Source of the DNA: Candidatus Heimdallarchaeota archaeon
GTDB taxonomy: Archaea > Asgardarchaeota > Heimdallarchaeia > Hodarchaeales > Hodarchaeaceae
Direction of reading: 5' to 3'
DNA length: 64,000 bases
NCBI GenBank assembly: GCA_020353515.1
Contig: CP070695.1
Location: 633,722 to 697,721 of the forward strand
The notes beneath the pieces are model-generated. The model saw nothing but the letters and a program-made list of their open reading frames with translations. It did not search any database and had not been told where the DNA came from. A program made the position numbers and the translations under genes. The first letter of the stretch is position 1. Each line of letters begins with the position of its first letter. Below, in pieces: positions 29,903-40,195 of the stretch.

Positions 29903-31258
29903 ATGAGCTATGTAGAAAAGGCATTTTGGGACTATTTGAAGACAACACTATTCGGTGGTGTTCGAATTCTTTTTTCTAAACGATTAATACTGTTTAGTTT
30001 GATTTTGTTTGTCACTTCAGTCATGACTACTGGAGCTGTCGTTCTACAAAGCCAAACATCAGAAACAATCAGTATTGGTGAGTTTACACTCCTTGAATTG
30101 ACATTTATGATGCAAATAAGTATAGCGCTGGGATTCATTATTTCTGGTTTAGTTTCTAAGAAATTGAACACATTAATTCGTTTCATTCTTCTCTTAATAG
30201 TAGTTGTAATTACTCTAGTAGTTCTATTAATAGAAAATATCTCTGATTTGATATTTCAATATTTTCCTCTTGTTGCTTTCTTAAGCTGGGCATTTTTAGT
30301 CCCCCTAGCATCATTTGCCTTTTCAAAGGGGATGTTTGACAATAAAATCACTGGCAGCGTCTTATTTTTAGGAAAACCCACAACAGACCATAAATCCATC
30401 TTTTCTGGTGTAATGACGCTCGTCGCTATAGCATCTCTTTTATGGAATATCGTTATGGCTTATATTGGATTCACAGAAAACCGTTTGAGCTACTTAGTAC
30501 TCGGAATCATAGGGATTGTCGTTGCATTCCTGATTATATTAGTGGTTCAAGGATGGATTTTCAATGACGATATTTTTAATACAACACTAGGATTCTTTTT
30601 CGTAATGACTCTCCCGAATCAAATTATGATCTTTTTAACTTCTGTGACTGGATCTGAAAGTATTATAACAAGTTTTGATTACTTTTTTGTTATATTCTCC
30701 CTTCTTTATAGTGCTCAGAATATTTCACGCCGTGTTAAAATGAAGGGTGTAGTTATTGACCCATCAGAGAAATCTAAAAAGAAGGTCAGAGAGGATCCAT
30801 TTAGAATTGGCAGGTTTATTGGTTTTGTTGGCGGAGAAGGAGTGGTTTTGATTTATTTAGGTCTAGCTTTAGGATTTCACTTAATTCAGTTACAAATAAT
30901 GAGTGGTGTTGCATTAGTATGGGAAGATATTTTTGGTACTTTGTCTTTCTCCGAAGGGTATCATGACATTACAATGGTTTTCATGGTTATCATTCTCATT
31001 CTTGTATGCATTGTTTACACATTACAGCGAGGTAAAGGCTACTGGGCTGCTGAAATCTATCGGTTTGACTTTCTCCCCCCTTACGAAGATCTAGTTGATT
31101 ACATGGAAAGAATTAAGAGAGGAGAGATAAGTAAAACAGATATTGCATTGACTGTTGGAAAAAAGGCGGTTGAAGCAAGTGGAGTTGGTGTTTTTTCCGC
31201 TGCCAGAAAATTTAGGGACAAAATCTTTGGAGAAAAGAATAAATCTGATCAGTCGTGA
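29903..31258 (+). CDS. Polytopic membrane protein of unknown function
   Basis: About 11-12 hydrophobic segments; GAGG SD. Confidence 0.75.
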   Translation: MSYVEKAFWDYLKTTLFGGVRILFSKRLILFSLILFVTSVMTTGAVVLQSQTSETISIGEFTLLELTFMMQISIALGFIISGLVSKKLNTLIRFILLLIVVVITLVVLLIENISDLIFQYFPLVAFLSWAFLVPLASFAFSKGMFDNKITGSVLFLGKPTTDHKSIFSGVMTLVAIASLLWNIVMAYIGFTENRLSYLVLGIIGIVVAFLIILVVQGWIFNDDIFNTTLGFFFVMTLPNQIMIFLTSVTGSESIITSFDYFFVIFSLLYSAQNISRRVKMKGVVIDPSEKSKKKVREDPFRIGRFIGFVGGEGVVLIYLGLALGFHLIQLQIMSGVALVWEDIFGTLSFSEGYHDITMVFMVIILILVCIVYTLQRGKGYWAAEIYRFDFLPPYEDLVDYMERIKRGEISKTDIALTVGKKAVEASGVGVFSAARKFRDKIFGEKNKSDQS

Positions 31259-31300
31259 ATCACATACTTTCTCTCTTAATTTAACACATTAACCTACTTC

Positions 31301-32128
31301 TTAACTTTCAAGACTATCTGTCCTAGTACTACCCTTTGATATGATATTGTGTTTGTGAATAGACTCTTGAGAAATCACTGTAGCCTGAACTTCGAGTTTG
31401 CGATTTGAAAAGTGCTTCAAGGCAAGCTGCAAGAGATTTCGGGTGACATCCTCAACAAATAATGGATTCTCCCACATTTGATTTATGATCCATTGTTCAT
31501 CCTCAGCTTTTAGAAGTGAAAATGTTGGAGCGGAAAAGCTCTCATCAAGAATCATAGTGACATCCTCCATATCAGGAATATCAGGTGTCTCACCCTGCAA
31601 ACTTATTTCTGCATAAGCTCGCTGGATGTGTGTACGGTTCGCAGGATTCTGAGAGAGTGCATGAGGACAAGCAGTGCTTCCATAAGTTCCTAAAGTCAAC
31701 TTGTGACTGATCTTCCCTTGATTCCACCAAGTAATTAATTTCGCACTATAATTCTCAATTGAAGGCCGTTGAGACACTGGAGTGGTTTTATTCGTGAAAA
31801 AAATGAATTTAAGAGTAATTGATCCTTTTTCATATGGATGACGTTTGTTTAATGTCATTAAAACGTGACTAGACATTTCTTCTAATGAATAATGAGTATG
31901 AACTTCACTACTCAATATCTCTGAGATTGACTCCACGAATCGGGATAGATGAGCTCCTTTTCGAGATGGGGGAAGATCTATTACAACACTTACAGTAGTT
32001 TGATAGCGATAAACTTTTGTTCCCCGAGTGATAGAAACTTGGGTTATGAAATTTGTTAGACCAACTTCATCCAAAGATAATGAAACAACAGGGGATTGGT
32101 CTTGTGTTTCCTTTTCCATTGAAAACAA
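31301..32128 (-). CDS. GTP cyclohydrolase, FolE2/MptA family
   Basis: TQD, KGAHLSRF, TACP, THIQR, LLKAEDE, NPLFVEDV.R, ESIHKH. Confidence 0.93.
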   Translation of the reverse strand: MFSMEKETQDQSPVVSLSLDEVGLTNFITQVSITRGTKVYRYQTTVSVVIDLPPSRKGAHLSRFVESISEILSSEVHTHYSLEEMSSHVLMTLNKRHPYEKGSITLKFIFFTNKTTPVSQRPSIENYSAKLITWWNQGKISHKLTLGTYGSTACPHALSQNPANRTHIQRAYAEISLQGETPDIPDMEDVTMILDESFSAPTFSLLKAEDEQWIINQMWENPLFVEDVTRNLLQLALKHFSNRKLEVQATVISQESIHKHNIISKGSTRTDSLES

Positions 32129-32488
32129 TCCTTGTGCAAATAAATCATAGGTAAAATCATAATACTTATGAATAGTTGGTATACTGACAATTCTAGTATC
32201 AAGTGATGGCGAATAATACTAGACCAAAAGTTTATTGATTGTGGTTTGATAGAACTCGATACTCAACTTAGCTAGATTATAAAAGCAGAATAGGTGACTC
32301 TGGAATATAAACTCAAAATTCTTAAATAAATCTCGGTATCTTAGGAATTAGAATCCCTTAAAAACCATAATTTGATGATCAAGATTATCTCCAAAATCAG
32401 TCAACAACAAAAAAGCTCATCATCCAATTAATATAGCTTTTAAGGTTTATTTCGATTCTGAATCCGGAAACTTAGTGCTGAATTAAAA

Positions 32489-34192
32489 ATGGCTACTCCT
32501 AAAGTGATCAGTATTTATTCGCGAACCCCTAGCTGTGGGAAAAAAACAATAGCTCTAAATTTCTTTTTAGCTTATACTCAATCTAAACCTGGATTTCGAG
32601 TCCTTATTGTTGATTTTTCAAGGACTGAAAAGTTAAGATATTCACTTTTTAAATATGGAAAATCTCATTTTACTAGTACCGACTTTCTAAGCGAGATCTC
32701 TGAAGATACCCTTGTTAGTGAGTCTTTATCAATCTTTGAAGATAAGGACAAGGGTTCATTTGTGCGGGTTCTTCCTTCTTCTGGCGTTCCAATAACTCAG
32801 ATTGAGATACAGGAGCGTACTAAATATCGCGTAAATTCACTTTTCTTCAAAGATACAATAGATCTTCTTGCTTTCATTCTTCCAGTCAGTTTGGATGAGA
32901 AGAGTATTACAACGGCAGCAATTCTACAAAGTGACATGGTTTGGATTATTTCGTCAGAAAAATATCCAACATTCAATCTGACAAAATCTACAATTCAAAA
33001 TTTCTTATCTTTTCTTACCACACCCACTTTGGTAATCATGAACATGATGAAACCCCCAGTAGTTTTTGGGAAACTTGATAGAAAGCTAGAACTACTGGAA
33101 ACGAAACTTAGACATCCTATTTTTTACACAATTCCTTGGATTTCTGAGTTATATGAATTCTCAGATCAAGGTATTTATTATTTAGAATTACCACATTCCG
33201 AAGTAAATGAAACGTTTCAAGATTTGAGTCAAAGATTCCAAGATTTCACTGAAAAAGAGGAGTTTGGAAGAAGTAACGATGGTACGGAAGCATCTCCCAT
33301 TGCTTTGTTCATAACTGATCTTGAATCAGGATCAACCATGTATTATTACTTCTTTGGAAAAGCAGAGGACGAAATGAAAAATCCAGTACTCATAACAGCA
33401 GCGTTAACTAGCATTGCTCATATGGTATCAGAAACTGCAGGACGAAGAGGCGATTTACGCTATATCGATAATGGAAATATGAAAATTGTACAAAGGAAAG
33501 GAAAAAAAGTAATTGGGATTCTCTATAGTCCAGTTATGAACGATACTCTTACAGATTTACTGTTTAGGGTTATTGAACGGTTCGAAAAAGATTTCAAAGA
33601 AGCTATTATTGATTTTTCTAAGACAGGAAGTACTGGAGGATTTAGAGGGGTTACCAAAGTTGTAGAAGAAATCTTTGAACCCTTCGTTTTTGATATTGAT
33701 ACAGTAAATGAACAGTTACGTCAGAATATACTAACTTATGGAGCTGAAATCAATCTTCTGCGAGGAGATCCTGAAAGGCTATTCCATAATTATGTGCAGG
33801 AGAATTATTCTGATCCAAAAATCAAAGATTTGTTATTATACGAATTTACAACCTCCCACAATTCTAGACACGAGTATTTACTAGAATTAGGAATAAATCC
33901 AAGGCCTGAACGCCAAAAATTAGAAGAAGAAACAGGGAGAAAGATTTGTACTTGTACAGCGCCACCTCAGTATATTCAAATCCAACCTTTTGACACTCTA
34001 GGAATACTAGATCTCCCAGAAAAATTACGACCGACAATTAGAGCGTTGCTAACGTCTAAAGTGCTTTCTCCTGAATCATCAACAGAAATAACAAAACGTG
34101 GTCAGGATTTAGAACTTGAATGCTTAGAAGAATTACGAAAACGAGGATATGTTAAACGAGTCTCCCCTACCAATTCTGAATTACATATCTGA
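32489..34192 (+). CDS. Degenerate MinD/ParA-type ATPase fused to a longin domain and a C-terminal wHTH
   Basis: KVISIYSRTPSCGKKTIALN (deviant Walker A), VLIVD; longin 'ALFITDLESGSTMY...LITAALTSIAHMVSE...IDNGNMKIV...RFEKDF'; C-terminal 'LPEKLRPTIRALL...ITKR...LEELRKRGYV'. Confidence 0.75.
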   Translation: MATPKVISIYSRTPSCGKKTIALNFFLAYTQSKPGFRVLIVDFSRTEKLRYSLFKYGKSHFTSTDFLSEISEDTLVSESLSIFEDKDKGSFVRVLPSSGVPITQIEIQERTKYRVNSLFFKDTIDLLAFILPVSLDEKSITTAAILQSDMVWIISSEKYPTFNLTKSTIQNFLSFLTTPTLVIMNMMKPPVVFGKLDRKLELLETKLRHPIFYTIPWISELYEFSDQGIYYLELPHSEVNETFQDLSQRFQDFTEKEEFGRSNDGTEASPIALFITDLESGSTMYYYFFGKAEDEMKNPVLITAALTSIAHMVSETAGRRGDLRYIDNGNMKIVQRKGKKVIGILYSPVMNDTLTDLLFRVIERFEKDFKEAIIDFSKTGSTGGFRGVTKVVEEIFEPFVFDIDTVNEQLRQNILTYGAEINLLRGDPERLFHNYVQENYSDPKIKDLLLYEFTTSHNSRHEYLLELGINPRPERQKLEEETGRKICTCTAPPQYIQIQPFDTLGILDLPEKLRPTIRALLTSKVLSPESSTEITKRGQDLELECLEELRKRGYVKRVSPTNSELHI

Positions 34193-34505
34193 ATTGATAG
34201 GTTAATGTCAAGTCTATCTGCGAAAAACAAACACATTTAATATCGAATGAATCATTAGAGGAATAAATTACTTGTCCTCACTAATCAAATGATATTTATG
34301 TGTTAACAGAAAACTGATTTAAAACGAATAAAACTTTGATAAAAACAAAAACTACTAGAAAAAAGGTGTTCTCAGCTAGATTAAAGCTGGGAATTAGAAA
34401 ATTTGGTCATTCGGAATAAGTATAATACACTAATTTGTGTACAATCAGTTTAAAACATTTAATAAAAATGAAATCAACCAAAAATGGATAAAAAAGGTGA
34501 AATAG

Positions 34506-35045
34506 TTGAGTAATGAGGATCATCGCTTATGGAAAATTGTATTACTTGGAGACGGAGCTGTTGGAAAAACCTCCCTTCGGAAGACCTACTTAGGTGAGGG
34601 GTTCGAAACAGATTATTTAAGTACAATGGGAGCAGATTTTGCCCTTTATGATACAACAATAAAAAATACACATATTCGCTGGCAAATTTGGGATCTTGCA
34701 GGACAACCTGTTTTCAAGGATGTTGTTAGAGCTTATTATACGAAAGTTTTTGGCGGAATCTTAGTCTATGATATCACACGTAGACAAACCTTTGAAAATG
34801 TAGAAAAGTGGTTAAACGACATCTTAAGTAATTCTAAACGTGATAAGGATGTTCCCGTGGTACTTCTAGCAAATAAAACCGATTTACGTGAAGAAGGAAC
34901 AGAAACTGTATCCACAAATGAAGGTAAAGAATTAGCTGACCGTCTAGGACTAAGTTTCATAGAAACTAGTGCCAAGACTGGTGATGGAGTTCAAGCCGCG
35001 TTTGACCAATTAGGAAAAGAAATTTTAGAGTTTACTTCTAGTTAA
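34506..35045 (+). CDS. Rab-like small GTPase
   Basis: GDGAVGKT, YLSTMGADF, QIWDLAGQ, YY, LVYDIT, NKTD, ETSAKTG; no C-terminal Cys prenylation motif. Confidence 0.95.
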   Translation: MSNEDHRLWKIVLLGDGAVGKTSLRKTYLGEGFETDYLSTMGADFALYDTTIKNTHIRWQIWDLAGQPVFKDVVRAYYTKVFGGILVYDITRRQTFENVEKWLNDILSNSKRDKDVPVVLLANKTDLREEGTETVSTNEGKELADRLGLSFIETSAKTGDGVQAAFDQLGKEILEFTSS

Positions 35046-35105
35046 ATTTTCCTTTCCACTTTTATATTTCACCGAAAAGACCTTCAGGGGGATATGAGGA
35101 CAAAA

Positions 35106-35573
35106 TTATTTGTGAGAGTCCAATAATTCGAAAGGACGATCTTTAGGACGGAAAAGAACGGTCCGTGAACTTTCCTTTGATGGACTTGGAAATTTTTCAA
35201 GAATTCCCATCTTTTCAAGCTTATTAAGATGATAACTGGTCGTACTTCGACTCCGACCCATTCGCTCCGCTACTTCTGAAGCAGTCATACCTTTTTCTGG
35301 TTCCTGAGCCTCAGCCAATGTTTGGTATGTACGTTTCAAGTGATCATCTAGATTATCAAAATCAGTCTGCTCTCTATTTTCTACAGCGGATTTAAGAATA
35401 CTAGATCTAGTTGAGATCGAAAGATTTCTGTCTATATAGCCCTCAAGTTGTGAAATTCGATGATCTAGGTTATCAAAGTGAGTTCTCAATTCTGTAACAC
35501 TTAATAAAATCTCATCTAGTTTGTCTTGTGAGGATTTCTTCTTTTCACTATTTTGTGATACCAATAATACCAC
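35106..35573 (-). CDS. Coiled-coil plus wHTH transcriptional regulator
   Basis: N-terminal heptads; 'LDDHLKRTY...MTASEVAERMGRSRSTTSYHLNKLEKMGILEK'. Confidence 0.85.
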   Translation of the reverse strand: MVLLVSQNSEKKKSSQDKLDEILLSVTELRTHFDNLDHRISQLEGYIDRNLSISTRSSILKSAVENREQTDFDNLDDHLKRTYQTLAEAQEPEKGMTASEVAERMGRSRSTTSYHLNKLEKMGILEKFPSPSKESSRTVLFRPKDRPFELLDSHK

Positions 35574-36025
35574 ACTCTTGGGCTATGTTTAATCTTCACC
35601 CGCTGTTTTTAAAGTTTAACTTACCAGAACTTTAGTTCCAAACATACACTCCTCAAATGTATCCTCATCTAAAATCAATCTGATTCTCAATAAACTAGCT
35701 AGTTGAAACTGCAATTTTTATATCCAAAATGGTTGTTTTTATCGATATTTAGGGAATTAATAGTTAGAAAGCGAATAAATCTAAATGTTTTACTATTTGA
35801 AACTAAATAATATGCCAAACCATGTTATTTTCCTTCCTCAGATTCCTCTATTAATTCAAAATAAAGAAAAAAAGGTTGTGATTGGATTTATAACAAAATC
35901 AACCAGAGTATCATTTGAAATACATTAACTTAAAAGCAAAAGGTTTTAAGTACAATCGCAATTTAGTGTATAGATCGTTATTATTTAGCCGTCCTAGACC
36001 AGGTTATTTAGGGATTCGATGAAAA

Positions 36026-36373
36026 ATGTCACATGAAGCAGGATATTTATCACAACAGGCTCTGGAAAAGGTAATAGAATCAGTTGGTAAACATAAAGGA
36101 GTATATGGTGCTGTATTGAGTGATACAGATGGATTACCACTCCAATCTAGTCTTCCTGAAGAGGATACAGAGAGAGTAGCTGCACATGTTGCCTCTTTGG
36201 TAGGAAAAGTAAGAAGTATTTCTAGAGAAATCTCACAAGAAGAAGCCAGAAGTGTCCGGTTAGAATTAGAAGTCGGAGATGTAGAAATAATCCCTGATTA
36301 TAACTCCGAGATCATTATTGTAGCACTTGTGAAACGGGAGAGTAGTACCATGACATTAACATCAAAGAAATGA
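36026..36373 (+). CDS. Roadblock/LC7 protein (dynein light chain roadblock-like)
   Basis: HKGVYGAVLSDTDGLPLQSSL...VRSI...VRLE...IIPD. Confidence 0.92.
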   Translation: MSHEAGYLSQQALEKVIESVGKHKGVYGAVLSDTDGLPLQSSLPEEDTERVAAHVASLVGKVRSISREISQEEARSVRLELEVGDVEIIPDYNSEIIIVALVKRESSTMTLTSKK

Positions 36374-36391
36374 AGAGGAAGATGAAAAAAA

Positions 36392-36709
36392 ATGTCTGAT
36401 GATGAATATGTTATTCCTTCAGTATTACAAAATACAATCAAGAGATTGGCAGCTCGGCGCGGAGTCAAAGGTATATTAGTTTGTGATGAAGATGGTCTCC
36501 CTCTACAAAGTAATCTACCACAGTCAGATGCGGAGAGAGTATCTGCTCATGTAGCTTCATTAGTAAAAAAGGTTCGAAGTGTTTCAGATGCTCTTGATCA
36601 TGGACGATTGCAGAGTGTTTATGTTGAAATGCCGAAATCGGAAATAATTATCACACCTGATGAAGCAGCGGGGTTCACTATAGTAGTTTTGAAAGATCGG
36701 TCAGGGTAA
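36392..36709 (+). CDS. Roadblock/LC7 protein, tandem paralog
   Basis: TIKRLAARRGVKGILVCDEDGLPLQSNL; shares 'ERV.AHVASLV.KVRS' with the upstream gene. Confidence 0.92.
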   Translation: MSDDEYVIPSVLQNTIKRLAARRGVKGILVCDEDGLPLQSNLPQSDAERVSAHVASLVKKVRSVSDALDHGRLQSVYVEMPKSEIIITPDEAAGFTIVVLKDRSG

Positions 36710-36877
36710 TATCTTTTTCTATATTTTCTAATCATTTTTAATACGTTGTTATATTTACACATTTCCCTATCAATTTTTGTTTAATATTATTGTTTAAATC
36801 GGGCCTGTATCGAAGATTTTTTATTTCATGTCTCATCAACTCCTATTAGAATTATTACTAATAGACCTGTATTATAG

Positions 36878-37843
36878 TTGATTTTCATGAGTTATGATAG
36901 TCCTAAAACAACTCCAAGGTTTTGTGGAAATTGCGGTCAGAAGTTACTTGAGGGAGCTACATTTTGTGCCTATTGTGGGACTCAAGTACCAGCGATTGAT
37001 TCAACAGGTATTCCAAGTTCGAGACCATCAACTCCATCTACTTCAATACCTCCAACTGTAACAGATAGAGGAGTTCAAGCCTATCAAGCCTCTTATAGAC
37101 CAGATAGAATGATAACTGAACCTCCACTTCCATTTACTCAGCATTTTCAAGGAGTTTTAATATCACCTCAGTTAGAAATGCCACGAATTGCCAAGCGACC
37201 GAATCTTAAGCAACCTTTTCTTGTGGTTCTGATTGTAGGGATTATCGCGGGAATCTCTTCATTTCTACTTTTTTCAAAAGTTACATTTTCACCTCAATTT
37301 GCAGAAGATTTCATTCAAAGTATGGGTTACTCCTCTGATCTAATAGAGGGTTTTGATATAGAGTCTCTTATGCAAACCTCTCTAATGATGGGAGCTTTTG
37401 TATCCCCTCTCGGATATATTATCAATTGGATCATTATTAACAGTATTGTACTTTGGATTCTCCATGCAATATTCTCGTCTCAAGTACCGTCTCAAGAGAG
37501 AAACTTCAAGATTATGGCAACGATTGCAGGCTGGTCTTTCCTTCCACTAGTATTTGACGAATTAATTTATCTATTATTCGTAATTCTCTTTGTACCAGCC
37601 ACCACTGTTAACTCTTTTGCTGAACTCACAGCTCTCGAAACATTTGGGTCAGTAGGTGGAATGGGGATTTTTCTTTTATTTATAAGTCTGATATTTCAGA
37701 TTTGGAGTGCTATACTGGTGTATTTCGCTTCTAAGTCAATTGATGCCAAGGGTTATCATGCAGCAATTATTGCAGTTCTTTATGCGATTGTTCCTTATGT
37801 TATATCTTACTTGTTTTCTTTCGTTAATCCACTCGGATTTTAG
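36878..37843 (+). CDS. Zinc-ribbon plus Yip1-domain membrane protein (start possibly 36887)
   Basis: FCGNCG...FCAYCG, Pro/Ser/Thr linker, 'GVLISP', five TMs with 'F...TIAGWSFLP' and 'IWS'. Confidence 0.85.
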   Translation: MIFMSYDSPKTTPRFCGNCGQKLLEGATFCAYCGTQVPAIDSTGIPSSRPSTPSTSIPPTVTDRGVQAYQASYRPDRMITEPPLPFTQHFQGVLISPQLEMPRIAKRPNLKQPFLVVLIVGIIAGISSFLLFSKVTFSPQFAEDFIQSMGYSSDLIEGFDIESLMQTSLMMGAFVSPLGYIINWIIINSIVLWILHAIFSSQVPSQERNFKIMATIAGWSFLPLVFDELIYLLFVILFVPATTVNSFAELTALETFGSVGGMGIFLLFISLIFQIWSAILVYFASKSIDAKGYHAAIIAVLYAIVPYVISYLFSFVNPLGF

Positions 37844-37915
37844 TAAACAAAAAAAACAGAAATTTCTAAGAGACAATTTTCAAGTTAATTCTTTCTGTCC
37901 TTAGGAATTTCACTT

Positions 37916-38626
37916 TCAAACAATTCTTCGTGATTGGTAATGAACTGACATACAAAGCCATATCATGTCACCTATTCTATCAAATGTTTTGATTTCAAAA
38001 AAAGGTGACTCTATAAATGAAGAAAATGGTATTAATAGATTAAATAGGGGTATTCCTTGACCACAAATTACTGGGGCAAGAGCTAACTGGATTTCATGAA
38101 GGAGCTGTAGATTAATTAATTCACCATTCAAACGACTTCCTCCTTCTACCATTAGCTTCTCAACTTCGAAGTCTGTTTTAAGTTTGAATAGAAGTTGGTG
38201 TAAATCTGTTAAGGGCCCCTTTCCACATTCAATGACCTGACATCCCCTTTTTTCTAGTTTTGATCTTTGATTCAGCGAACATTGAGACGTAGTAGCAATA
38301 ATGGTCAGAATATCTGGTCTATGGGTTATTACTCTTGACTTCAGAGGAATTTTACCATCTGAGCTTACAACAACTCGTATAGGATGCTTATCAATTTCTG
38401 TGTCAATCAAGCTTTCATTAACAGTCAATTTTGAATCATCAGCTTTAATAGTTCCACTTCCAACCATAATAGCGTCAGAGTCGGCTCTTAATCGATGAAC
38501 TCGTTTCCAATCATCAGAGTTGGACAATTGGGTATCCCCCTCGTTTGTAGCAATTTTTCCATCAAGGCTAATTGCTGCCGATAGAAATACAAAAGGACGG
38601 GTTTTGGAAGGTTTAGGCAAGTTCAT
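37916..38626 (-). CDS. RibD C-terminal-type reductase (2,5-diamino-6-ribosylamino-4(3H)-pyrimidinone 5'-phosphate reductase)
   Basis: RPFV..AISLDGKIA, VHRLRA.SDAIMVG.GT..D, LMVEGG; start taken at the MNLPK ATG. Confidence 0.9.
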   Translation of the reverse strand: MNLPKPSKTRPFVFLSAAISLDGKIATNEGDTQLSNSDDWKRVHRLRADSDAIMVGSGTIKADDSKLTVNESLIDTEIDKHPIRVVVSSDGKIPLKSRVITHRPDILTIIATTSQCSLNQRSKLEKRGCQVIECGKGPLTDLHQLLFKLKTDFEVEKLMVEGGSRLNGELINLQLLHEIQLALAPVICGQGIPLFNLLIPFSSFIESPFFEIKTFDRIGDMIWLCMSVHYQSRRIV

Positions 38627-39773
38627 TAGAAATAACTTCTCCATGGAAGAGATTAAGAGATATATCCTCTGGAAATTGACATCTGAAGAGTAAATTCAGA
38701 ATAGGATCGTTTCCAAACGCAGTTCTGGTGCTTTGAAGATTAACTACTAAAAGATCAGCCCAATAATTTTCTTTGATGCACCCTGTAGATAGTTTTAATG
38801 CTTTTGAAGGATTGATTGTAATAAATTTTAGCGCATTTGAAGGATTAAATGGAATATTTTGTTCTTTCAATCGTAAAATGAGCCATCGCAATTCTTCTAA
38901 GATGTTTGGGGAATTTGACATAACATTATCTGTTCCTAGCCCAATTAAATGCGCTTTATTTAGAAAATAATCAATCGGGGGGAATCCTAATCCATAATAG
39001 GCGTTGGAACGTGGGCAAAATACAATGAATTTGGAGGTGGGGATTTCTTGGAGTTCATTTTCTTTAAGCTTCGTTAAATGGATAAGAATATCAGGATTTA
39101 AGTGATTTAAAGAGACCTGCAAATCTGAAAGCCCAAAACGTTTTAGGGATTCTTTGATCACCGAAATTTCTTCCCCGATATGCGTTGCTACCAAAACATG
39201 TGGAGAAGAAGTTTGATTTCGAATTGCTTCCATTTCTTTTTGAGAGTAGAGTAGTGGTGTTGCTAATCCCAATCCGTCACATTGAGAAAGTAATGTAGTC
39301 AAATTAGCTTCCAAATCTTGTCGTCCGAGGATATGAAGGTCAATTGGTAAATTTTCTACGGCTTCTCGAAGGACTTTAATTCCTTTTAAACCATTCTCTC
39401 TAAAATCGAAACATACCGCAGTTCCACTCTCAATCATTTCTATTATAGCAGATCTCATTGCAGCTACTCGGCTGACTCTAGGATATTGCTGAATTTGATA
39501 TTTATGACCTTGAATCCCGACAGCTTCATTTAAAGAGAGACCAAAAGCTTGGTTTTTTAAAATAGAGTCACCAAGGTGAGTGTGAGAATTGATAAACTTC
39601 GGGAGAAGCAGATGATGTGGAAATGAATACTCTCCAGGGGCTTCAGAATGGGATGAATTGCTTTTAATATTAGATATTCTACCTTGTTCAATCGTAACCT
39701 TTACATTTTGTTTTAGAATTAAATCGTCTCCGATTAATGCATATTTGCAGAATATATTGTGAGGAATTGCCAT
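38613..39773 (-). CDS. Amidohydrolase-family (deaminase-like) protein
   Basis: INSHTHLGD, HIGE, CPRSN, LGTDN, TINP, ADL. Confidence 0.9.
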   Translation of the reverse strand: MAIPHNIFCKYALIGDDLILKQNVKVTIEQGRISNIKSNSSHSEAPGEYSFPHHLLLPKFINSHTHLGDSILKNQAFGLSLNEAVGIQGHKYQIQQYPRVSRVAAMRSAIIEMIESGTAVCFDFRENGLKGIKVLREAVENLPIDLHILGRQDLEANLTTLLSQCDGLGLATPLLYSQKEMEAIRNQTSSPHVLVATHIGEEISVIKESLKRFGLSDLQVSLNHLNPDILIHLTKLKENELQEIPTSKFIVFCPRSNAYYGLGFPPIDYFLNKAHLIGLGTDNVMSNSPNILEELRWLILRLKEQNIPFNPSNALKFITINPSKALKLSTGCIKENYWADLLVVNLQSTRTAFGNDPILNLLFRCQFPEDISLNLFHGEVISNELA

Positions 39774-40195
39774 AATAGAGACACATTTCCGAATAATTCA
39801 GAGATTCCTATTGAAATGTTAATTTGATCTAGCTTTTAATTTCAAATCATAACTATAAATAATGGATCAATATCATCTAAAATCCATTTCTTTCTAGAAT
39901 GAAATAGAAAACAAAAGCTTGAAAAATTTACACATCAGGAATATAAAACAATACAGACATCAGAAATTGAAAATACAAGCTTTCAAATGATATTAGGAGG
40001 AAGAACTATTTTAATATTTAATCTCTGAAAAAAGAAGGATTAGTAATATATATCCATAGATAACAATGAAACTATGGTTGAATCAAACTTTTTCCATACT
40101 TTAAACGTGGAATAAATACCATAAAGATGTGTGTTATATTAGGAAAAAATAATGAAATCATGTATAAAATTACAAAAATCGTTATAAATCATAAC

